DNA of 63,778 nucleotides, filler included, from Reticulomyxa filosa (Eukaryota > Protista > Foraminifera), in NCBI GenBank assembly GCA_000512085.1. It is 19 parts of 19 records of this genome, joined end to end, with 100 filler letters (N's around TTAATTAATTAA, not from the genome) between each part and the next. Parts side by side here need not be neighbours in the genome. Positions count along the whole stretch, not along the records: positions 54,547 to 55,652 come from ASPP01026739.1; positions 55,753 to 58,314 come from ASPP01005436.1; positions 58,415 to 60,902 come from ASPP01003579.1; positions 61,003 to 62,501 come from ASPP01036241.1; positions 62,602 to 63,778 come from ASPP01007133.1; 14 more parts are not named here. One strand, 5' to 3'. The notes under the pieces are model-generated. The model was not told where the DNA came from and did not search any database. It saw only the letters and a list, made by a program, of their open reading frames with translations. The translations under genes and the position numbers were made by a program. Below, in pieces: positions 55,010-63,778 of this stretch (positions are counted from its first letter, which is position 1; every line of letters begins with the position of its first letter).

Positions 55010-55652
55010 ATGGATTCCAACAAATTGTCATTTGATATTGTCCTTTCATAAATCTAATCGCAAAGAGAGAGAATGCTCTTTCAACTAAATGATAATTGCC
55101 CGGAACTTTAGCATGCTCATCAACATTTCTCAAAAAAAAAAATTGAAAAACTCGACATGCCTTTTCGAATATTATTATTATTATTATTCAAGCGACCAAA
55201 TCAAATAGTGGTCATGACTTCGATAAAATGATGGTCCATGCATTTGTGGATCAAAATCCCATTTCTTATTGACCTTTTTAACAATACATTTCAAATTGCA
55301 ATCGGTCATTGCAATGATCAATTCCTCCTTGGAAAAGTAATTGAGCTGGTCACGTCCAGTGGGCATGGCCAAGGTGTTGTCGGGATGATTGTCCCTATTA
55401 AAACCCCCGTGTTTGAAAATTTGATATCCGTGCATCAAGAGCACGTCGTAGAGCACTGACACTGACAAGCTGTCAGGCCACGTCAGCAGTATGAACAGTA
55501 GGTTAAGCATACAATTGAGCAAAATGTTAGTGGGTTGTACTAATATCAGCTTCTTTAATGTATAAGATAAAAGCTTCTCATGCAACAAGCATGAAGGGGG
55601 AAGTTCGCCAAAGAAACAAAAGTGTGTACACTGGAAGCACAAATTGTAATAT
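55010..55652 (-). CDS. Hypothetical protein, 5'-partial
   Basis: 152-aa open frame plus a short terminal exon (VDEHAKVPGNYHLVERAFSLFAIRF...). Confidence 0.45.
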
Positions 55653-55752
55653 NNNNNNNNNNNNNNNNNNNNNNNNNNNNNNNNNNNNNNNNNNNNTTAA
55701 TTAATTAANNNNNNNNNNNNNNNNNNNNNNNNNNNNNNNNNNNNNNNNNNNN

Positions 55753-58160
55753 CAATGGCAATGGCAATGGCAATGGCAATGGCAATGGCAATGGCAATGA
55801 AAATGACAATGACAATGAAAATGACAATGACAATGAAAATGATAATGACAATGATAATGACAATGATAATGACAATGAAAATGAATATAGTATAAGTCGC
55901 GCCCAAGTACAAGCTCCACGCAAGGATGTAAAAACCCACTCTGTCAATGGCTCGTTAAGTTTATCACAAATGGGGATCAGCATGGATATCAATCGCAACG
56001 CTATCAATTACCAACAATCAATCATTCCAGAACTGAACGAAATAAAAGTCGATTACAATTCTTTTGACGCTGCTGGCACCAACGGCGAAGAGAAGCTCAA
56101 TTCTGCTGTCGAGTTTCCACGGACCGACTCTCGAAGCAAACTTACCACGAGTGAGTGTAGCGGTTGTGGAAGCAAGAGCTATGGAGGTTGGAAACGTGTG
56201 TGTGTGTGTCCTACATATTCATCGATTGATATATCCTTACAGTAATCGGATCAATCAACAACTTTTTATTTATATTTATGTATATACATATGTACACATA
56301 TTATACACATTCCTAAAAAAAAAAAAAATGTATATGTACATATATATATATATATATGTATATAAATGTTGATGTGGAAAAGAAAAAACAACATCGTCCA
56401 ATGGCACAAGCGAGGTAACGGGTACATCGACATCGGGCATTCCTCAGGGCATACAGCCTCCACAACTGCAACTACATTTGCAATCGCAATCACAATCGCA
56501 ACCGACGGTCCAACGGATCACCGTGACAAACAACAGTGATCAACCGGACCCATCAATGAAAAGTGCAAACAAAGAAAGCCGTCCATTACGTATGGCAGTG
56601 ATCCCCAGACCCAATGTCAATACCATGAATTCGCGTACGAACAACATGGCAATGGACTTAAGTACAAAGTGGTCGGAGCCAATGTTCTCGGTCATCCACG
56701 AAGAGATCCAACAGCCACACGTATTGGTGATATCTCCGACCCACGCCAATGCCAAAATGGCCGACCCATCCCATTTGAAGACATTGAGTATATCGCAGCC
56801 CATGAACGACCTGCCCACATTAAATGCCGCCACGAGTTTGCCTACGATCCAAAGCGGGGTGTCATTGCCGCATCACCATCTGTCGTACGTGGGTGTGTTT
56901 TATCCGGATGAAGACGTCAAGAATGCAGAGGAGAGTCATTTGGCCTTTGTCAATGAGGCCAAATATGACTCGGAGAGTTCGAACCACGTCATCGCCGCCG
57001 CCGCCGCCACGACCGACGTGACGGTGAAGAAGGAGTTGTCTCTGCCAACGACTCGATCGTCCAATTTGAATAAAGGACGAGACAGCGTCGGCAGTATCAC
57101 TCTGACACGATCGCAGTCCACCCCTCCTCAAACAGAAACCAGCAGTGGCTTAGGACACATACGCGACTTTGCTCGCAATGATATGCATTTGCAACTGCAA
57201 ATCCCCGGCCCCGCCAGCAATCGCAGCTCCCGAGACTGGTCACGCCAGACCGCCACGCGGGGCTTCGATCCGTCCTCCATCACCGTCGACATTCGAGGCG
57301 ACATTAGCGTCCCGAGGATGTCGCTCATGCTGTCCGAAGACAGGAACAAAAGTGCCGCCAACAGTAATCTCAATAGTCACAGTCTCGAGCCGAGCGCTGT
57401 TGGATTCGAGCCCATCGACGAAAAACCAGGTCCGAAGAATGCTATTGCCATTGCCACTGCAACACGTGATAAACACTGCTTGGAAGGCTGTTGTCAAAGT
57501 TAGGATTTCTCAACTACAAACATCAAAGGCCGACATAACAATATTGTGTTCTTATTCCTTTGTGTTATGTACATACCTGTATTTGTGTATACAAATATAT
57601 GTATATGTATATAACTTTGCTATTGCAAAAAAAAAAAAAAATAAAAAAATAAACAAATGCAAACGACAGAAGACGATGGAAACAACCATCTCTCCACTCA
57701 ACTTTCGGTACACAGCGAAATGCTAGACACTCGACAAGACTCGGAAGCAGCGTCCTCGCAATTTTCCACACAGAGTGTACCCCCAAAGTACGACATTCAA
57801 TCCCCACATGAAATCATGGCTCAATCCAATCCAAAATGGGAGAGCTCAAAAGCGAAGCGCACATATGAATTTAGCAACGCGCCGATCAATCCTCAAGTCG
57901 ACCCTGATGTACTTCGCCAAATGCTGTACAACATTGAGCCCAAAGAACATGAGCCGATGCCATACAACAGACACCTTAATAGTCGAACGCACACCACCAC
58001 GCCGGGCGAGTCCAAGCGCGGTTCGTCGAGCGAATATTCCAACCTAATTACAATGACCAATTTTGCTGCTGGAAACGCATTCACCAGCCAAGATAAGGAA
58101 GATACTCACAAACCGGATATTGCCACTTCTGCCTCAAGTTGTATTTATATCAAACAATAG
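55753..58160 (+). CDS. Disordered Ser/Thr/Asn-rich hypothetical protein, multi-exon, partial
   Basis: GC-richer exons (~55753-56150, ~56380-57500, ~57670-58140) separated by (TA)n/A-run introns. Starts in (CAATGG)n/(GACAAT)n repeats. Confidence 0.5.
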
Positions 58161-58414
58161 TAAAAATATATATATATGTACATACATATATGTATACAAT
58201 GTGTAAATATTTTTTGGTCAATGATTAAATTTGAAAATGGATGAACAGACAATGAAAAAATAAAATTTTCACAAATGCAAGAAAATGAAAATGAAAATGA
58301 AAATGAAAATGAAANNNNNNNNNNNNNNNNNNNNNNNNNNNNNNNNNNNNNNNNNNNNTTAATTAATTAANNNNNNNNNNNNNNNNNNNNNNNNNNNNNN
58401 NNNNNNNNNNNNNN

Positions 58415-58909
58415 CTTATATTATTTGCCTGATATAGGCCATTCTAATTCCTTTCTTCTCCTTAACTTGACGCGTATGCTTCAGAAAACACCCTCACAAA
58501 AAGACCTTTTCATCAACATAAGCTTATCAGATATGCTCAATAAACAGTTTTTCATATTTCTTTTTATCTTGGTAATCAAAGTGCTCCTTGATTAAATAAG
58601 CTATCAAATAATTTCTTTGAGATGTATCCTTTATCACCAATTAATTTGCATTTGAGTCCATTCATTAATTGAGGAACCTTACTACGATCATTGGTGTTTC
58701 CAAGCGTGATTGTTAAGCGTACAATTTCACCTGTTGTGTTAAAGACCATGTGTAGTTTGAAGCCAAAGAACCAATCAGTAGAGGTTTTCCCTTTAGTAGC
58801 TTAATCCTTTAAATACTTTATGTCTTCTTTCCCTTAAGTTATGGCATACTGCCATGGGCGTGGAATCAATAAACATATATTCCGTAATCTCACCTTCAAG
58901 ACGGTTCAT
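58415..58909 (-). mobile_element. IS982-family DDE transposase pseudogene (bacterial), truncated and frameshifted
   Basis: FIDSTPMAVCHNLRERRHKVFKGL / ATKGKTSTDWFFGFKLHMVFNTTGEI..TLGNTNDR..LIGDKGYISK matches the IS982 motif series. Confidence 0.88.
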
Positions 58910-58991
58910 ATTTGCGCCATAGATTTTTCATCTATTTAGTTTAAAAAAATTAAACTAAATCTTTTTTTACTTAGCTTTTTCTGCCTTACAA

Positions 58992-59309
58992 CTATCCTAA
59001 TAACGCATCTACGTAAGACTCTGGGGTTGATGCAAAAGGAGCAACATGGAAGTCTTCTGTTTCTTCAGTATTTGTATACCTCTCGTTTTTATTTTTTAAG
59101 AAATCTTCATATTCTGTTTGCAACTTAGTTGCTTTACTACTTGCAATGAGACGTTGCATTGATTCGCTTATAGGAGCATCTGCTTCTTTTACGAAAGCAC
59201 CTCTAAGATTTTTTAGATAGTTACTTAATACTTCTCCATAACTCCAGTGCCCCATTTCTTTAACATCCTTATTTTTTAATGGATAATTATTTAGTATAGA
59301 AAAATTCAT
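58992..59309 (-). CDS. Bacterial hypothetical protein (105 aa)
   Basis: Intron-less, with a Shine-Dalgarno-like AGAGGT 5 nt upstream of the ATG. Confidence 0.7.
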   Translation of the reverse strand: MNFSILNNYPLKNKDVKEMGHWSYGEVLSNYLKNLRGAFVKEADAPISESMQRLIASSKATKLQTEYEDFLKNKNERYTNTEETEDFHVAPFASTPESYVDALLG

Positions 59310-59370
59310 ATTTTACCTCTTTTATCATATTTTAATTTAACAAAGCCGTATACCTTATTAAGATAAATTT

Positions 59371-60720
59371 TTATGCTTCTGGCAAGCTATTTGTATCATT
59401 ATAATTATCCGCCGCAGCTTTTATTAATATATCTTTAGGATTTTCTAGAGCAAAACTTTCTGTTGCATCTACATCAAGCTTTTGATAACGTGCTTGAGAA
59501 TAGAAAATTAAAGAAGTAGTCTCATCATTTGCTACCTCAACTTCAATAACCGAAACATTTCTAAGAGCTTCTTTTATTAAGTCGTCATGGATGGTTTCCA
59601 TAGGAAAAATATTTAGACAATTATCTGTTAAAACATTAGCTGTATGATCAAGAGCTTCACACTTATTTTCATACTTTAATTCAATATTAGCAGATGGTCT
59701 TTCAATCATACAATTTGTTGCCTCTTTTTGCTTCTGTATTGCTTGTTGAAAACATTCAGCTTTCCCTGTATCAACAAGAGCTGCGGCAAAAGCTTGAAAC
59801 TTTTCATGAATCTTCTGAATTACAGCTGGATCATTTATATCTTTAAGTTCGTTGAAAAAGTCGCTTGCCTTTTTTTTATCATCTTGTGTCATCTCTTTAG
59901 TTTTAGCTCCAAACATCTTATTTTTAGCCCATCCAGCCCATGATGCTTCTTTCTCTTTTAAGCTTTTTTCTTCTTCTGTAGCAAAGTACTTCGCTTTAAA
60001 GCCGAAAAGTGTCGTAAATTTATCACGTATGCCATTATAATAAGTTTCTTGAGAATCATGACTTTGTTTGTCTTTTATAGGGGTGCTCGTCCCTCCTATA
60101 TTAAATAGGTCTTTATAACTCTTATGTAAATTATCTATATTGCTTTTAAGTTCTTTAAGCTCATTATAGTTCTTTATAAAACTATCATATGTATTAAATC
60201 CTTTTTCTCTCAATTCAAAAAATATTGTGTTTTGTACTAAGTTTCTCAATTCATTTAACCCAGTAACAGTAGTTTCATAAAGAAACTTTACGGAACTTCC
60301 TTCTTTCAAATTCTTCAATCTCTCATTTTCTTTAAGTATTTTTTCTAATACGGGTAATTTATAAAGCTCCTCTTCACTCATCGATATGTATTTAACTAAT
60401 TCTTCATCCTTAGTTTCTTTAAAATTTATTTTTGAATTAATGTCGTCTATATAAAATTTGATATTCCCCCATTTAGGATACTGTTCGACAAGGTCGTGAT
60501 AATTTTTTAATGTACCTTCCAAAACGAATTTATTAATATAAACAGAAGATTCTTTTGATACTGCATACAAATTATTGTGTAAAAGCGTAACAGCTTGCTT
60601 ATAGTCGTCTATTAACTTTAAAACTTGCTTAGATTGTTCTTTTTTCTCACGTATTTCTTTCGCATGATTTTTTAAATCAGATTGTTCCCAAGTTCTAGGA
60701 TTTTGTGCTTGTTCCTGCAT
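59371..60720 (-). CDS. Bacterial hypothetical helical/coiled-coil protein (449 aa)
   Basis: Long intron-less ORF with TTA/AAA-rich codons and no homopolymer introns. Co-oriented with the 105-aa ORF, 61 bp apart. Confidence 0.75.
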   Translation of the reverse strand: MQEQAQNPRTWEQSDLKNHAKEIREKKEQSKQVLKLIDDYKQAVTLLHNNLYAVSKESSVYINKFVLEGTLKNYHDLVEQYPKWGNIKFYIDDINSKINFKETKDEELVKYISMSEEELYKLPVLEKILKENERLKNLKEGSSVKFLYETTVTGLNELRNLVQNTIFFELREKGFNTYDSFIKNYNELKELKSNIDNLHKSYKDLFNIGGTSTPIKDKQSHDSQETYYNGIRDKFTTLFGFKAKYFATEEEKSLKEKEASWAGWAKNKMFGAKTKEMTQDDKKKASDFFNELKDINDPAVIQKIHEKFQAFAAALVDTGKAECFQQAIQKQKEATNCMIERPSANIELKYENKCEALDHTANVLTDNCLNIFPMETIHDDLIKEALRNVSVIEVEVANDETTSLIFYSQARYQKLDVDATESFALENPKDILIKAAADNYNDTNSLPEA

Positions 60721-61002
60721 CTCTCTACTTGAAACTTTAGTTACTTAATGCTTAGTTCATGGATGGCAAATTAGTTACTGTCAAGATAATTTATACGTTT
60801 GGAGATTGTCAAATAAAGATAGAGAAGGGCTGGGTGAGATGCTAAGTTGATGAAGAGTCGATTAATAGACTTCTTTCGAAACTAAAAGAAATAGATTAAA
60901 AANNNNNNNNNNNNNNNNNNNNNNNNNNNNNNNNNNNNNNNNNNNNTTAATTAATTAANNNNNNNNNNNNNNNNNNNNNNNNNNNNNNNNNNNNNNNNNN
61001 NN

Positions 61003-62311
61003 CAGCAAATTCAACAATTGAACAATCATATTATCAGCAATAACAACGAACAACAGAAACAAAATGAACAACTTAATGTAAATGAAAAAATATTTGAATT
61101 TTTATTATATTGAATATAAATATAACACATACATATACATATATAATAATCAGAAACAAGTAAATGATTTAAAATATGAATTATCAAAAAAATCTCAATT
61201 GATTGAGACAAAGATTGCAAATATCCAAAATCTAAACATAAAGATGAATGAATATAACAGCGAATTACAAAAACAAACAAAAGAATTTACACGATATCAA
61301 AATGAATTTAAAGAATTTAAAAAAGATATTCAAATAAACTTTGAAGATCAAAACAAGATTATTCAACAATGTAAACTTCAAACTGAAGAAAAAAAAGAAA
61401 AAAATTCCAATGATGATAATGATGATGGTGATGATGATAATGACGATGATGATACTAGTTATTTTGCAATCACATATAATAGCGATGACAGTGATATTGA
61501 AAATGAAGATGATGTAACAAAAAGAAATTGTATGAATATGTTATCATTGATTAAAAATAGTGATTTGAAAAATGGAAAAGATTTTTTATTAGTAAATGAA
61601 AATAATCAAAGAATAAAATTAAAAAATAAGGAATGGCATAATTACACATTTGGAATATTTTTACTTGGAGAAAATATAACTTTAGCTATTAATTGTGATA
61701 GAATTCGTGTAAAAGAACTTGGACATTTAAAAATTAAATCAAGTCATTTATGGATTAGACATTCATCTTCTAGTATTGATTGCTCACAATTGGGATATCC
61801 AAGTGATCAAGGTCCTGGAACAGGTAGACTCAGAACATTACTCAGTGGTGGTGGATATGGAACAAAAGGAAAAGAGATAATACCTTCAAATGATCAAAAA
61901 GGTGGAATATATGGAGAAAAGACTTTATTAAAACAAATTCATTATGGAAGTGGAGGTGCATCTGGAGGAAGTGGTGGTGGAATAATTCAACTTGTAATTG
62001 AACAACAATTGATTAATTATGGATTAATTCAATGCAATGGAGGAAATGGATATGGTTATGGATATGGAAATGAACATAATCATAGAAATAAAAAATCTAA
62101 ACAACATGGTGGTGGTGGAAGTGGAGGATCAATATTAATTAAATTGCAAAATTCTTATCCTTTTCCAAATGTTTTTGGAACTATTCGATGTATTGGAGGA
62201 AATCAAAATCTAATTAATGAAGGTGGAAAAGGTAGAATTGCCATTTATGGCGTCAAGTTGTTCTCAAATGATATCAAAAATATCGATCCAAAACCTTTTA
62301 ATGGGGAATAA
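61003..62311 (+). CDS. Coiled-coil plus glycine-rich domain protein of a lineage-expanded family, 5'-partial
   Basis: Coiled coil and acidic tract, then IDCSQLGYP..GPG, GGGYGTKG, YGSGG..GGSGGGII, GGGGSGGSILI and GGKGRIAI motifs. Probable intron ~61078-61153. Confidence 0.7.
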
Positions 62312-62685
62312 ACATATTTTTTTAAACAATTTGTTTTATTTTCTTGGATTATTTTACTTTTCAATTTAATAACTAACATTGTGCATTTTTTTTTGCACAC
62401 TGCAATTAATTCAAATAATGCATATACATATTTCATACATTTGAATAAATAATTTTCCAACTTTTATAATTCGAATTTGAAAGATAATTTTAAAATGAAT
62501 ANNNNNNNNNNNNNNNNNNNNNNNNNNNNNNNNNNNNNNNNNNNNTTAATTAATTAANNNNNNNNNNNNNNNNNNNNNNNNNNNNNNNNNNNNNNNNNNN
62601 NAAAAAAAAAAAAAAAAAGGGGGGGGGGGGGGTTAAAAAAAAAAAAAAAAAAAAAAAAAGTATTTACATTGATTTGGAGTAACAG

Positions 62686-63761
62686 GCAGTATGGGTATTG
62701 CCGTTGTACATGTTATCATTTGTGATTAACTCACTCTGGTACCAAGACATAGCGGAGCAAGCACACACAATCTATCGCAAATCGCGTGAGCAATTAATCA
62801 AAAGTCGTATCAAATTGGAGCAGCAGCGACGTCAACAACTGCAACAACAGCATCAGCAAGTAGTAACAGGAGGAGGGGAGGGGCATGGACAATATGGACA
62901 TCGACGAGTGTCGCGAGAGGAAAATGGCAAGTTTCGAAGTACTAACGCGACTTATTTGAATGAGCAGTCTTTGCATCGACACAACCAATATATGGAATCG
63001 TTGGGGAAAAAAAAAAACAAAGATGCAATGACGACGACGATAATGAGGATGACAACGCATTCATTCATGACAATGACAATGACAATGACAATGACAATGA
63101 AAACGACAATGATAATGACAACGACGAAGATAACCACAATGACAATGACAATGACAATAACAACGACGATGATAATGATAATGTTAACGATAATGATAAT
63201 AATAACGACAATGACAATGACGATGACAATGAAGAAGAGGACGACAGTGAGGACGACTTGCATGATACCATTGACAATCATGCAAACGATGACGTGGATC
63301 AACAACAGCAACAGCAACAACAACAACAACATGTGGACAAGAAGTCGTTAAAAAAAAACAAAAAAAAGGGTGCCACCTCGCACGCACAGAAAACCCCTTT
63401 TAAAAAAAACAAGCCACAATCACAATTGCAATCGCAATCGCAATCACAACAACAACAACAACAAATGAAAAAAAAAAAAAAAAAATACCATCAAAACTTA
63501 TAACAAAAATGTGCGCACCAATTATGTCAATGAATTTCGCAATCGCATTAACGAAGAGATTTACCATTGCCTGTTCTTGATTGTGTTCAATATCCAAATC
63601 ATCATTTTGTCCAAATTAGGGCCCATTGTCTCGTGGTGCTTCCATCTTCTTCACATCAAACACTTTGTCGTCATCCATTTCGTCGCCAAATTCTGTGAAT
63701 TTGGTGGCTTTCTTGTTGCCTTTTTATTGTTTTGTTGGCAGCATGCCTTCTTATCCTTTGA
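62686..63761 (+). CDS. EI24: EI24 (etoposide-induced 2.4) family membrane protein, internal exon, with two A-run frameshifts
   Basis: AVWVLPLYMLSFVINSLWYQDIAEQA, then after a low-complexity insert RINEEIYHCLFLIVFNIQ...GFLVAFLLFCWQHAFLSFE| (a frame absent from the ORF track). Both match EI24 conserved helices. Confidence 0.75.
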
Positions 63762-63778
63762 GTTGAGTTTTTTTTTTT

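Noticed and set aside
1923-62601. Regularly recurring TTAATTAATTAA flanked by Ns, resembling an array or a biological motif
   Set aside because: It is an artificial six-frame-stop contig linker. Gene neighbourhoods across it are not real.
4280-63490. Recurrent single-base frameshifts in conserved genes (PWP2 ~4285 and ~4715, TUTase ~17690, ~29245, EI24 ~63010 and ~63475) as programmed frameshifting
   Set aside because: All lie in A homopolymers and go in both directions, as expected of pyrosequencing-type errors. Raw reads or transcripts would be needed to argue otherwise.
63545-63778. Possible minus-strand gene at the window end
   Set aside because: The + strand frame encodes EI24 transmembrane helices and explains the region better.

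Overview
This window is not one locus. It is 19 short, unrelated contigs joined by an artificial 100-nt spacer (N44-TTAATTAATTAA-N44), so adjacency across spacers means nothing. Eighteen contigs come from an AT-rich, intron-containing protist genome. Its expanded WD40, Kelch-like and Gly-rich families, many pseudogenes and poly-Asn tracts strongly resemble the foraminiferan Reticulomyxa filosa (my inference, not searched). Recognisable genes are PWP2/UTP1, a TMA46/ZC3H15 homolog, a HAD phosphatase-like gene, a TM-RGS protein, an SMP-30-like beta-propeller, Peter Pan/SSF1, a Cid1/TUTase-like nucleotidyltransferase, Wee1, a GPI-type surface protein, a caspase-like protease plus a pseudogene copy, a VPS9 GEF, a GT2 fragment, MePCE/Bin3 and EI24. 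One contig (58415-60902) is bacterial: an IS982 remnant and two intron-less orphan ORFs, probably from a Rickettsiales-like endosymbiont. The best leads are: (1) a caspase whose prodomain looks like novel helical repeats plus a PB1 domain; (2) a tRNA-like element split by a ~250-nt rod-like insert; (3) introns with A-rich AAG acceptors and no polypyrimidine tract; (4) a TMA46 homolog with no CCCH zinc fingers; (5) a dispersed inverted-repeat family. Several genes have single-base frameshifts in A-runs, most likely homopolymer sequencing errors.
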